A model generated the notes under the pieces. The model was given only the letters and a program-made list of their open reading frames with translations, made no database searches and was not told the origin of the DNA. Both the position numbers and the translations under genes were made by a program. Below are positions 33,213 to 42,905 of a DNA stretch of 57,350 nucleotides, piece by piece. Source of the DNA: Candidatus Dormibacteria bacterium. Lineage in GTDB: Bacteria; Chloroflexota; Dormibacteria; Aeolococcales; Aeolococcaceae. Where the stretch lies: contig JBHEMT010000117.1 in the NCBI GenBank assembly GCA_046262435.1, forward strand, positions 1-57,350, given 5' to 3'. Position 1 is the first letter of the stretch, and each line of letters begins with the position of its first letter.

Positions 33213-33896
33213 GTGATGGACGCCGCATCCGCGCCGCTTGCCGCCTCCGCCGTGCGACTCCGGATGGTGGTACACGACACCTGGCTGTACTTCCGCCATC
33301 CCCTGGCGATGACGGACCGGGCCCTGCACCGCCGCGGTTTGGCCGCCGCGGTCGCGGTCACGGGGCTCGCCCTGGTGCTGACGGCGCTGCCCTTCGGGGC
33401 CGTGCCCCCGCCGACGGGGCCGCCGCCGACCACGCAGCCGGCGCTGGTGCGCGCTGCGGAGTGGGCCGGCACTCACCGGCTTGCGCTGGTGACTCTGCTC
33501 AGCCTCACCCTGGTGGTGATCACTGCGGTGGGCTATATCCTCAGCCTCGCCCTCGCGGGACGATGGGGCGGCCCCGGCAGGTTGCCACGCAACCGCCTGC
33601 TGGTGGGCATCGGATACGTCAACTGCGTCTCGCTTCTGAGTGCCGCCATTCCGGTGCCCCCCCTGCTCCTGCAGCTTGTCAACGTCCACCTCTGGGAGCG
33701 CGTCAACGCCGTGGCGGTTCCGCTCAGCCTGCTGGTCACCTGCTGGCTGCCGGTGCCCGCAGTGCTTGCCGTGGAGAGGGGAGCCGACGTCACCCGGGGC
33801 CGCGCGATCGCGCTGCTCAGCGTGGCCACGGGCGCCGCGCTACTCGTCGTCGCCATCCCAGTGGGGATCGCATTCGTCCTGGCCTTCGCCCGCTGA
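33213..33896 (+). CDS. polytopic membrane protein, unknown function
   Basis: About 5 hydrophobic helices. No motif recognised. Confidence 0.45.
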   Translation: MMDAASAPLAASAVRLRMVVHDTWLYFRHPLAMTDRALHRRGLAAAVAVTGLALVLTALPFGAVPPPTGPPPTTQPALVRAAEWAGTHRLALVTLLSLTLVVITAVGYILSLALAGRWGGPGRLPRNRLLVGIGYVNCVSLLSAAIPVPPLLLQLVNVHLWERVNAVAVPLSLLVTCWLPVPAVLAVERGADVTRGRAIALLSVATGAALLVVAIPVGIAFVLAFAR

Positions 33897-33955
33897 CCGG
33901 GCAGCGCCCCGCCGGCGCGTCAACCGCCGGCCGGCCCGCATCCGGCAGCCCGTAC

Positions 33956-36391
33956 TCAGACCCGGCGGATCAGGTCGCGCTCGATCCGCTGCCGGGTCTC
34001 CGCGACCAGCGGACGCAGAGGGTGGTCACGCAGCGCCTGCTCCATCTGTCGCAGCGCCGAGTAGAGGTTCTTCACCGCCTTGACCACATCACCGAGGTCG
34101 GCCCCGGCGGGTGGCTCGAGGTCGGTGAGCGGCACCCCCAGAGTCCAGCCGTAGGCTGCCCAGACATAGTCGACGGACAGCGGCCGCAGGGTCTCGAGGC
34201 CGTGCTCCTCCTCGAGCTGCGCGAGGCGAACCAGGGCGTGGCGCATGGTGCGCTGGGCGGTGTCGACGCGCGGGGTGGGAAAGCGGGTGCGGCCATGGCG
34301 CTCCCGGCCGCGGTCCTCGGCGACGAGCATCACCAGGGTCGCGGCGAGCTCGGGGGCGGTCATTCCCTCGAACCAGCCTTCGCGGATGCCGAGCGCGATG
34401 AGCAGTGAACTCTCGCCGTACAGGGATGCGGCGAGCCGGCCAAGGTCGGTCGGCTGGTCCTGCTCAAGGAAGCCGGCGCCGGCGAGCACAGCCCGGAAGG
34501 AGCGGAACTCACGGCGATATCGGTGACGGGCATCGCGCAGCTCGTTCTCGCCGCCGTGCAGCGTCTCCTCGACGACGGCCACCTCACGGCGGTGCTCGCG
34601 GTGGTCGGCGAGCAGCGGGCACGAGCGGCAGGGGCTCTGCGCCTCGCGCTGATGCAGGCTCTTGAGCGTGCGTTTCATGGTCTCGAAGCGGCCGCCGAGG
34701 TCGGCCCCGCGGCCGCCGTACCGTCCGCGGCGGCTGTCGCGCCAGTGCTCGCGGCGGGCACGCCGCAGCTCGGTGGAGATCTCCTCGATCTCCTTGGCGG
34801 TGGCCAGGAACTGGGTCAGGGTGCGCTCGGTACAGCGCACCCGCGGGTGCCGGTAGACCTGAGTGCGCAGGTCGGCGAGTCGTTCGTGGAGGTTCTGCTC
34901 ACGCACCTCCCAGTGATCGGACCTCGCCAGGGTCTGGTACTGACCGAAGGAGCGCTCCATGAGGGCCTCGGCCTGCTCGACGGTGCGGCTGCGCAGCAGG
35001 TTCAAGGTCATCGTGTAGGTGGGCGCGAACTTCGACTCCACCGCCATCTCGCCGCCCACCGCCGCCTCGTAGATGTCGCGGACGTCGACGTCCCACTCCT
35101 TGAGAATCACGCCGTGACCGACGACGTCGATGCCACGCCGCCCGGCCCGGCCCATCAGCTGGGTGAGCTCGCCGCTGGTGAGCGCAGCGAACTGGGTGCC
35201 ATCGAACTTGGTGAAGGACGAAACCACGCAGGCGCGGGCCGGCATGTTGAGCCCTAGCGACAGCGTCTCAGTGGCGAACACCACCTTGATCAGCCCCTCG
35301 ATGAACAGCGCCTCCACCGTTTCCTTGGCGTAGGGAAGCATTCCCGCGTGATGCATGGCCACCCCGCGGCGGAGGAGGTCGAGGTTGAGCGCTCCGGCGT
35401 TGACCGCCGCCTCGTCGGGATCCTCGACGCTGCGCATGCGCTCCGCGTACAGGCTGTCGATGCGAGCCTTCTCCGCGGCGCTGGTCAGGTCGACACCGTG
35501 GATGCCGCAACGGGTGAGCGCCTCGCGGCAGCCGCGACGCGAGAAGATGAAATAGATCGCCGGAAGCATCTGCCGCGTGCGCAGGTTCTCGATCACGTGC
35601 AGGCTGTCGTTATCCGGGGCGCGCCGCGCATAGCGCATGCGTTCGCCGTGCAGAGTGTCGCTCTGGGCCAGTTCGAGGGTGCGGCGGTTCACCTTGCCCT
35701 GCTTGTCGAACAGAGGATGGACGTCGTTGTCGATTCCCAGCCATAGGCGCAGCTCCACGGGCCGCTCGGTGCGCACCACGGTGGCCACCCGGCCACGGAG
35801 CTCGCTCATCCAGGCCGCCACCTCGCCCACGTTCGAGATGGTTGCGGAGAGGCCGATGAAGCGTATGTGCTGCGGTGCACTGACGATGATCTCCTCCCAC
35901 ACCGTTCCGCGCGGGTAGTCGTCGATGTAATGCACCTCATCGAGCACCACGTCGCCCACCAGGTCAAGCCGGGCCGGCTGGTCATAGATGACGTTGCGCA
36001 AAATCTCGGTGGTCATCACCAGCACCGGAGCACCGTCATTGATGGTGTGCTCGCCAGTCACCAGGCCGACGTTGGCCTCGCCGTAGCGAGCCTGGAGGTC
36101 GTGGAACTTCTGGTTGCTCAGCGCTTTGAGGGGCGTGGTGTAGATCACCCGGTCGGCCTCGTGGCGGCTGCGGCGCAGCGCCACCGGGGCGCGGAGGCAG
36201 CGCCAGACCGCGTACTCGGCGACCACCGTCTTGCCGCTGCTGGTGGGGGCCGACACCAGGACACCGCGCGACGCCTCCAGCTCGCGCAGGGCCTCCACCT
36301 GGAAGTCGTCCAGGGGGAAGGGCAGGGTGGCGGCGAAGCCCCTGACCAGGGTGTCGACGAGGGAGGCGTCGACACCCGCAGCGCAGCTCAC
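33956..36391 (-). CDS. helY: Ski2-like DEAD/DEAH-box RNA helicase (HelY type)
   Basis: Walker A SAPTSSGKTVVAEY, DEVHYIDD, SATISN, HHAGMLP and a QLMGRAGRRG motif VI, plus a long C-terminal arch/DSHCT-like region. Confidence 0.9.
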   Translation of the reverse strand: MSCAAGVDASLVDTLVRGFAATLPFPLDDFQVEALRELEASRGVLVSAPTSSGKTVVAEYAVWRCLRAPVALRRSRHEADRVIYTTPLKALSNQKFHDLQARYGEANVGLVTGEHTINDGAPVLVMTTEILRNVIYDQPARLDLVGDVVLDEVHYIDDYPRGTVWEEIIVSAPQHIRFIGLSATISNVGEVAAWMSELRGRVATVVRTERPVELRLWLGIDNDVHPLFDKQGKVNRRTLELAQSDTLHGERMRYARRAPDNDSLHVIENLRTRQMLPAIYFIFSRRGCREALTRCGIHGVDLTSAAEKARIDSLYAERMRSVEDPDEAAVNAGALNLDLLRRGVAMHHAGMLPYAKETVEALFIEGLIKVVFATETLSLGLNMPARACVVSSFTKFDGTQFAALTSGELTQLMGRAGRRGIDVVGHGVILKEWDVDVRDIYEAAVGGEMAVESKFAPTYTMTLNLLRSRTVEQAEALMERSFGQYQTLARSDHWEVREQNLHERLADLRTQVYRHPRVRCTERTLTQFLATAKEIEEISTELRRARREHWRDSRRGRYGGRGADLGGRFETMKRTLKSLHQREAQSPCRSCPLLADHREHRREVAVVEETLHGGENELRDARHRYRREFRSFRAVLAGAGFLEQDQPTDLGRLAASLYGESSLLIALGIREGWFEGMTAPELAATLVMLVAEDRGRERHGRTRFPTPRVDTAQRTMRHALVRLAQLEEEHGLETLRPLSVDYVWAAYGWTLGVPLTDLEPPAGADLGDVVKAVKNLYSALRQMEQALRDHPLRPLVAETRQRIERDLIRRV

Positions 36392-36678
36392 AGGTGGACC
36401 AGCTCGAAGGAGGTGCGCGTGACCAAAGCCTCGGTCGCCTCGTCCTCAATGAAACGGAGCACCTTCTGACAGATCTCGTCGGCGTGCCGGCCGTCGTTGC
36501 TCACGCAGGCGACACCCACGACGGCGGACTGCCAGAGGTTCTCGTCCCCCACCTCAGCGACGGCGACGTTGAAGCGCTGGCGCACCCGGGCGGTGAGCGA
36601 GCGGACCACCTGCCGCTTGGCCTTCAGCGACTCACTGTCGGGCACGTGCAGGGTGACGGACAGGGTGCCGACGACCAT
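36388..36678 (-). CDS. DUF503 (YlxP-like) protein
   Basis: MVVGTLSVTLHVPDSESLKAKRQVV...VAEVGDENLWQ...GVACVSND is the characteristic DUF503 pattern. 4-nt overlap with the helY start. Confidence 0.7.
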   Translation of the reverse strand: MVVGTLSVTLHVPDSESLKAKRQVVRSLTARVRQRFNVAVAEVGDENLWQSAVVGVACVSNDGRHADEICQKVLRFIEDEATEALVTRTSFELVHL

Positions 36679-36772
36679 TGGGGTCACGCTACCAGAGGCC
36701 GGCGCAAGGACTGGCGGCGCCGCCCCGATCGCCTCGCGCGGCGCGGCCCTTTGTGGCATCCTCCCCAGCACC

Positions 36773-38623
36773 ATGGCCACCGGAGCTCCCGAGCAGACGT
36801 CCGCGACCCCGGCCACCGGCCCGATCCCGACGCTCGTTGAGCTGTTCCGCAAACAGGTGGCCACCAAGCCGGGCGAGGCAGCGATGTACTTCCGCTCGGC
36901 GGGACGATACACCCCCATCAACTGGGAACAGTTCGGACGCGCCCAGCAGCGGGTTGGCGCCTACCTGCTCGATGAGGGCGTGGATCCCGGTGACCATGTT
37001 GCGATCTGGTCGGACAACCGCCCGGAGTGGCACATCGCCGACATCGGCACCCTGTCGGTGCGCGGGGTCCCGGCGCCGATCTACCTGACCCTGAGCGCCG
37101 ACCAGGCGGGCTACATTCTCGAACACTCGGCGGCGCGAGTGTGCTTCGTCGAGAACGAGAAGCTGCTTGCCCGGGTCCTTCAGGTGCGCAAGAGCCTGCC
37201 CAAACTGCGCCGGGTGGTGGTCATCGAGGGGCAGGCCGAGGCGTCGCCCGATGGGCTGGTCGTTCCCTGGAGCCACGTTCTCGAGGTGGGGGAGAAGGCC
37301 CTGCGCGAGGGGGCTGAGGGAAGGGTCGCGCGACGCACCGCGGAGGCCAAAGCGGACGACGTCGCCACCCTGATCTACACCAGCGGCACAACCGGGCCAC
37401 CCAAGGCGTCGCAGATTACCCACGCCAATGCTCACGCTGCCGCGGAAAGCATCCTCCAGGTGCTTGAGGCACGCGAGGACGACGTCGCGCTGTCCTACCT
37501 GCCGCTCGCCCACGTGGTGGAGCGGCTGGTCACCGAGTTCCGGCAGTACCGTTTCGGGGGCCCGGTGTACTTCCTCGACGGGATGCCCAACCTCGGAGCC
37601 CGCCTACGCGAGGTGCGGCCGACCATCTTCTTCGGCGTACCGCGCGTGTGGGAGAAGATGGCGCAGCAGGTGGAGAAAGCCATCGCCGCGCAGCCGCTGC
37701 CCCGGCGTGCGCTGGCCCGCTGGGCGCTGCGGGTTGGCGACCGGTATCGGCAGCGCGAGCTCAGCGGCAAACCAGTCGACGAGCGGCTGCGTCGTGGGCA
37801 CGCTCTGGCCGAGCGGCTCGTGCTGAGCAAGATGCGCGCCCAGATCGGGCTTGACCGCTGCCGGATCTGCGCCAGCGGGGCGGCGCCGATCGCGCTCGAC
37901 ATCCTCCGCTTTTTCGATGGCATGGGCCTGCGGATCTACGAGGGCTACGGCCAGACCGAGAACTGCGCAGGGGTGACCATGAACTCGCCGAGCAACTACC
38001 GCCAGGGCACGGTGGGCACCGCCATCCCGGGGGTGGAGCTTCGGGTTGCTGAGGATGGCGAGGTCCTGATGCGCGGTGCCGACGTCTTCGCCGGGTACTA
38101 CAAGGACAAGAAGGCCACCCAGGAGTTGCTCCAGGACGGGTGGCTGCACACCGGGGATGTCGGGGAGATCGACGACGATGGGTTTCTCAAGATCACTGAC
38201 CGCAAGAAGGATCTGATCATCACCGCGGGAGGCAAGAACATCTCCCCGGGGAACATCGAGGGGCGTCTGCAGGAGCACCGGCTGATCGCCAACGCGGTGG
38301 CCATCGGGGATCAGCGTCCCTACATCGCCGCTCTGCTCACCCTGGACCCGGAACAGGCCGCCGGTTTCGCCAGGAGTCATGGACTGCCCGCGGACCCGGA
38401 AAAGCTGGCCGGCAGCGACGCGCTCAACAAGGAGCTGCAGAGGCATGTTGACGCGGTCAACAGCAAGCTGAGCAAGGTCGAGCAGGTGAAGCGATTTGCC
38501 GTACTGCCCAAGGACTTTGAGATTGGTGATGAGCTGACCCCCACCCTGAAGGTGAAGCGCAAGACCGTGGTCGAGAAGTACTCAGAGCAGCTCGAGGAGC
38601 TGTACGCCAAGCCCAAGGAGTAG
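36773..38623 (+). CDS. fadD: long-chain fatty acid--CoA ligase (AMP-forming)
   Basis: AMP-binding motif LIYTSGTTGPPKA, YGQTE, TGDVGEIDDDGFLKITDRKKDLI and GKNISP. ATG at 36773; the earlier part of the tracked ORF is antisense to DUF503. Confidence 0.9.
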   Translation: MATGAPEQTSATPATGPIPTLVELFRKQVATKPGEAAMYFRSAGRYTPINWEQFGRAQQRVGAYLLDEGVDPGDHVAIWSDNRPEWHIADIGTLSVRGVPAPIYLTLSADQAGYILEHSAARVCFVENEKLLARVLQVRKSLPKLRRVVVIEGQAEASPDGLVVPWSHVLEVGEKALREGAEGRVARRTAEAKADDVATLIYTSGTTGPPKASQITHANAHAAAESILQVLEAREDDVALSYLPLAHVVERLVTEFRQYRFGGPVYFLDGMPNLGARLREVRPTIFFGVPRVWEKMAQQVEKAIAAQPLPRRALARWALRVGDRYRQRELSGKPVDERLRRGHALAERLVLSKMRAQIGLDRCRICASGAAPIALDILRFFDGMGLRIYEGYGQTENCAGVTMNSPSNYRQGTVGTAIPGVELRVAEDGEVLMRGADVFAGYYKDKKATQELLQDGWLHTGDVGEIDDDGFLKITDRKKDLIITAGGKNISPGNIEGRLQEHRLIANAVAIGDQRPYIAALLTLDPEQAAGFARSHGLPADPEKLAGSDALNKELQRHVDAVNSKLSKVEQVKRFAVLPKDFEIGDELTPTLKVKRKTVVEKYSEQLEELYAKPKE

Positions 38624-38692
38624 TTGCCGGTCGAGCCCGCTCCCGAAAGGCACCGGCCCGGACCCCGCGGTGGCCGCGCCTTGGCGGTCAGG

Positions 38693-39034
38693 TCAGAGGA
38701 TGGAGAGCAGCTTTTGGCGCAGCTCCTCGAGCCGCTCGAACTCGTCGACCGAGGGTCTGCCCACGGTCTTGTGGGGGAACTTCACGGCCTGAATGGCGTC
38801 GACGATGGCCTGCACGTCCTCCTGGCTCAGCCGGACCAGGAAGCCGTCGAGCGACGGTGCCGGCACCGCGACCGCATCACCGCGACGAGCGGCGGCGACG
38901 GAGAGCTCGGTCTGTGCCTGCGGGCCATGACCGTGCGGGGCCAGCGGGTCGCGCTCAGCGTCGTCGGCGCCCGCCTCGGTCTGGCGAAAGAGCTCTTCGC
39001 TGCCGCGCAGCTGCGCTCGGCGAAAGCCCGGCAT
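38693..39034 (-). CDS. 113-aa protein translationally coupled to ParA, a candidate partner/adaptor
   Basis: ATG at 39034 overlaps the ParA stop (ATGA). The N-terminal ~60 aa look disordered. C-terminal helices LSQEDVQAIVDAIQAV...VDEFERLEELRQKLLSIL. Confidence 0.5.
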   Translation of the reverse strand: MPGFRRAQLRGSEELFRQTEAGADDAERDPLAPHGHGPQAQTELSVAAARRGDAVAVPAPSLDGFLVRLSQEDVQAIVDAIQAVKFPHKTVGRPSVDEFERLEELRQKLLSIL

Positions 39035-39837
39035 CACGCCGCTCCCGCGGAGCTCTGCGCCAGCACCGCCTCCGCCAGCTCGCGGTATGCCTTCGCCCCG
39101 GGGCTGGCCCCGGCGTACTGGAGAATGGACTGTCCCGCCAGCGGACATTCGGCGAAACGAATGCTGGAGTCGATGCGCATGTCGAAGACCTGCGCCCCAT
39201 AGCGCTCTCTGACCAAGTCGAGGACCTCCTGGCTGTGCAGGGTGCGGGACTTGTAGATGGTGGGCAGGATTCCCGAGATGCGCAGCCGTGGGTTGAGCTT
39301 CGCGGCGACCCGGTCGATGGTGCGCTGCAGCTGCTGCATCCCCTTCATCCCAAAGTACTCGCACTGAAGGGGAATGATCACCTCGTCGGATGCGACGAGG
39401 GCGTTGATGCAGAGCAGGCCGAGGGACGGGGGGCAGTCGATGACCACGAAGTCGTACTCGCCGACGATGGTCTCGAGCTTCTCGGTGAGCACGCGCTCCC
39501 GACCCATCTCCTGAACCAGGACCATCTCGGCACCGCTCAGCTCGATGTTGGCGGGCAGGAAGTCGACTCCGGTCTCGTCGGAACGCAGGCGCACGTCCTC
39601 GGCCCGGACCTGGTGATCGGTGAGCAGGTTGTAGACAGTCAGCTCGAGCTCGTCGGGACGCCGGCAGCCCATGTTCAGGGTGAGGTGCCCCTGGGGGTCC
39701 AGGTCGATGGCAAGAACCCGCTGGCCAGCCTCGGCGAGGGCGCTGCTGAGGTTCACCGCGGTCGTCGTCTTTCCAACACCACCCTTCTGGTTGGCGATGG
39801 AGATGACTCGCGTCACATTGCGACCGGACAGATGCAC
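39034..39837 (-). CDS. ParA/Soj-family P-loop ATPase
   Basis: Deviant Walker A with signature lysine (IANQKGGVGKTTTAVNL), ProQG (DLDPQG) and Walker B FVVIDCPPSLG. An alternative GTG start lies at 39816. Confidence 0.9.
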   Translation of the reverse strand: MHLSGRNVTRVISIANQKGGVGKTTTAVNLSSALAEAGQRVLAIDLDPQGHLTLNMGCRRPDELELTVYNLLTDHQVRAEDVRLRSDETGVDFLPANIELSGAEMVLVQEMGRERVLTEKLETIVGEYDFVVIDCPPSLGLLCINALVASDEVIIPLQCEYFGMKGMQQLQRTIDRVAAKLNPRLRISGILPTIYKSRTLHSQEVLDLVRERYGAQVFDMRIDSSIRFAECPLAGQSILQYAGASPGAKAYRELAEAVLAQSSAGAA

Positions 39838-39935
39838 CGCATCGGGGACGTATCATAACCACGCCCCAAGGCACCCCAGCGGTTGGGGGCCTGCTGCCGG
39901 GCACGAGGGCTCGCCGGAAGCGCGGCCTGCGCACT

Positions 39936-40823
39936 GTGAGGACCCTGTTGACAGAAGCGGAGCGCGTCAAGCCTCGGTCGGTGTACGCCGACGAGGCGGT
40001 GGCCTACGCCCTGGAGAGTCGCTGGCAGGACGCCCTGAATACCAACCGAGCGGTCCTGGACCGTTACGGGCCGGATGAGGACGCCTACAACCGCCTGGGC
40101 AAGGCATACACCGAGCTGGGCGACCTCAACGAGGCCCTGGCCGCCTACAGCAAGACCATCGAGCTCAACCCCCTGAATGTCATCGCGGGGAAGAACTTCC
40201 GCAAGCTGCAGTCGCTGATCGACCACGCCGAGCGGCCAGAGGGCAGCGCGGGCCGGCTCGACGTCGACCTCTTCACCGAGGAGCCGGGCAAGAGCGGGCT
40301 CACCCTGCTCATCCCACCGAGCGGCGGCGTCGGGGTCAAGGTCGCCCCCGGGGACACCGTCTCCCTGGAGGCTGAGGGCTCTAGCCTCCACGTGCGGACC
40401 TCGCGATCGGTCCTGATCGGCGACGTCGACCCCAAGATCGCCCGGCGCATCCTTCCCCTGCTGGCCAGCGGCAACAGGTACTCCGGGGCAGTGGCCCGGG
40501 TCAACGAGGACAAGGGGACCATCGAGGTGATGATCCGCGAGACCCACCAGGCTCCTGAGAACGCGCGCAAGTCGTCCTTCCCGATCACCCGGACCGCCAA
40601 GCGTGACGACTTCCGTCCCTACGCCAAGGAGTCGCTGCTCGTCGACCGCGGCACCGATGCCGACCAGGTCTTCGAGGATGACACGGAGCGGATTCCGTCA
40701 GGCGGTGGCGATGACGAGCTGGATGGGATGCAGACCGTCGAGGGGGAGTTCGAGGAGCCCGCCGGAGCCGCTGACGACGACGAGGACGCGGACATCGACA
40801 CCCGGCCCGAGGACGAGTACTAG
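39936..40823 (+). CDS. TPR-containing protein with a central beta-rich domain and a strongly acidic tail
   Basis: GTG start. TPR-like YNRLGKAYTELGDLNEALAAYSKTIELNPLN. Middle region VKVAPGDTVSLEAEG...GAVARVNEDKGTIEVMIRE. The last ~60 aa are D/E-rich. Confidence 0.6.
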   Translation: MRTLLTEAERVKPRSVYADEAVAYALESRWQDALNTNRAVLDRYGPDEDAYNRLGKAYTELGDLNEALAAYSKTIELNPLNVIAGKNFRKLQSLIDHAERPEGSAGRLDVDLFTEEPGKSGLTLLIPPSGGVGVKVAPGDTVSLEAEGSSLHVRTSRSVLIGDVDPKIARRILPLLASGNRYSGAVARVNEDKGTIEVMIRETHQAPENARKSSFPITRTAKRDDFRPYAKESLLVDRGTDADQVFEDDTERIPSGGGDDELDGMQTVEGEFEEPAGAADDDEDADIDTRPEDEY

Positions 40824-40842
40824 CCCCCAAGGCTGGAGCACG

Positions 40843-42300
40843 ATGCGCAATTTCGATGTCGTGATCCTCGGTGGTGGCTCCGGGGCAGAGGCGGCGCTTG
40901 CGCCCCTGGTGGCGGCCGGACTCTCGGTGGCCATCGTTGAGGGCAATCGCGTGGGTGGGGAGTGCGCCTACGTCGCCTGCATGCCGAGCAAGGCGCTGCT
41001 GCGGGCTGCCGGGGTTCGCGCTGTGCTGCGCGGAGCGCGGGAGCTCGGCGCGGTGGCCAGCGCACCCCAGCTCGAGGGGAGCGCTGCCGACTACGCCGTC
41101 GCCGTCGGTCGCCGTGACCGCGTGGCCGCAGAGCGCGATGACACGGAGACCGCCGCCGGGCTCACCCGGGAGGGGGCAACGATCATCCGCGGTTGGGGGC
41201 GGGTTGTTCGCCCGGGGGTCCTGACGGTGGATGCCCGGCAGACCGTCGCCGCGGACACGGTCGGCGGGGAACCGGCCGGCGAGGAGATCGGCTACACCGA
41301 CCTGGTCGTCGACACCGGGTCCGACCCGATCCGGCCCCCGATCGAAGGGCTCGACGACGTGCCCACCTGGAGCAGCGACCAGGCGCTGAGCAGCCCCGAA
41401 CTGCCGCGCTCACTGATCGTGCTCGGCGGCTCGGCAGTGGGCTGCGAGCTCGCCCAAATCTACGCCGCCTTCGGTGTCCGGGTGGTCATCGTTGAGGTGG
41501 CCCCGCGTCTGATCGCCAAGGAGGAGCCCGCTGTCGCCAACCTTCTGGCCGAGGCCCTGCGTGAGGACGACGGCATCGACCTGCGAATCGGGGTCAAGGC
41601 GGTGCGTGCCGAGCCACTCGCGGCAGGCGGTGTGCGCCTCCACCTCGAGGACGGCTCGACCCTGGAGGCTGAGCGGCTCCTGATCGCGGCCGGCCGCCGC
41701 CCGACGGTTGCCAGGATCGGACTGGAGGCCCTCGGCATCAGCCCCAACGACGCGGGTGCATTGGCGGTCACCGAGCACTGCCGGGTCGTGGGCGAGGAGC
41801 ACGTGTGGGCCTGCGGCGACGTCACCGGCATCGCGCCGTATACGCACACCGCGAACTACCAGGGCGCGGTGCTGGCCGACAACCTCGCCGGGCGGACTCG
41901 GGTCGCCGATTACCGGGCGATTCCCCGGGCGGTGTACACCGACCCGGCCGTCGCCAGCGTCGGCCTGAGCGGCGCAGCCGCTCGCGAGGCCGGGATCGAT
42001 GTGGTGAGCGCCAGCTTTGACCTGACCGAGCTGCCTCGGGCAGCGGCGGAAGGGACCCGTCGCGGTCTGCTCGTTCTGCAGGGCGATCGCCGCGCCCGCA
42101 CCCTGGTGGGGATGAGCGCGGTGGGCCCCAATGTCGACGACCTGGTCGGTGAAGCCGCCCTCGCCATCCAGGCACGGGTTCCCCTGGAGGTGTTTGCCGC
42201 AGTGATCCATCCGTTCCCGAGCTTCGGCCAGGCCTTTGAGCCGCCGCTCCGCGAACTCGTGGATCAGCTCGGTCCCGGGGGCAGTCCGGAGGGCCGATGA
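40843..42300 (+). CDS. class I pyridine nucleotide-disulfide oxidoreductase (Lpd/Mtr/MerA-like)
   Basis: FAD fold FDVVILGGGSGAE, redox-active CxxxxC (GGECAYVACMPSKALL), NAD fold VLGGSAVGCELA and a C-terminal dimerisation region. ATG at 40843. Confidence 0.85.
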   Translation: MRNFDVVILGGGSGAEAALAPLVAAGLSVAIVEGNRVGGECAYVACMPSKALLRAAGVRAVLRGARELGAVASAPQLEGSAADYAVAVGRRDRVAAERDDTETAAGLTREGATIIRGWGRVVRPGVLTVDARQTVAADTVGGEPAGEEIGYTDLVVDTGSDPIRPPIEGLDDVPTWSSDQALSSPELPRSLIVLGGSAVGCELAQIYAAFGVRVVIVEVAPRLIAKEEPAVANLLAEALREDDGIDLRIGVKAVRAEPLAAGGVRLHLEDGSTLEAERLLIAAGRRPTVARIGLEALGISPNDAGALAVTEHCRVVGEEHVWACGDVTGIAPYTHTANYQGAVLADNLAGRTRVADYRAIPRAVYTDPAVASVGLSGAAAREAGIDVVSASFDLTELPRAAAEGTRRGLLVLQGDRRARTLVGMSAVGPNVDDLVGEAALAIQARVPLEVFAAVIHPFPSFGQAFEPPLRELVDQLGPGGSPEGR

Positions 42301-42860
42301 GCACCACCCGCACCCGCTCGGCGCGAGTGCCGCGCGAGGCGGAAGCACTGCGGCTTCACGTACACGACCACGCCATGCGCCGCACCCGCGAGCGCTGGGG
42401 GTTCGACCTCAACGCCGCTGATGCGGTCGAGCGAGCCGCAGCGCTGGCGGCCCGGTCGCCGGACGACTCTGCAGCGGCGCTGCTCCTCGCCGCCGCCCTG
42501 GCCAGCCGCGGTGAGGCGGCAGCCGCGGAGGTGGAGGCGCAACGCGCGGCGGTGCTCGACCCGGGGTCGGCCCGGGCACTGGCGAGTCTTTCCAGCCTGC
42601 TGGTCGCCCGCGGTGCCGCCGACGAGGGGCTCGCCGCAGTTCGCCGGGCGGTCGCCATCGACCCCGGTGACGTGGTCGCGCAGTACAACCGCGGCCTCGC
42701 CGAGTGGACCGCGGGCGACCGCGCGGCGGCGCGCGACGCGCTGGGCATCGCGGCCCGCCTGCTCGACCTCGAGGCGCCCCGGCATTCGCCGCTTGCGGGC
42801 GTAGCGGACGCTCCCCAGCGGACCCGGCGCGGCCTGCGCCGGTTGCTCGGCCGTGACTGA
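42297..42860 (+). CDS. TPR-like repeat protein
   Basis: ATGA overlap with the upstream oxidoreductase. Ala-rich TPR-like repeats ([51 protein letters not shown]). Confidence 0.5.
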   Translation: MSTTRTRSARVPREAEALRLHVHDHAMRRTRERWGFDLNAADAVERAAALAARSPDDSAAALLLAAALASRGEAAAAEVEAQRAAVLDPGSARALASLSSLLVARGAADEGLAAVRRAVAIDPGDVVAQYNRGLAEWTAGDRAAARDALGIAARLLDLEAPRHSPLAGVADAPQRTRRGLRRLLGRD

Positions 42861-42905
42861 GGCGGCGGCGCGCGGCCGGTTGGCGCCGGCGCGCACTGTG
42901 CTCTC

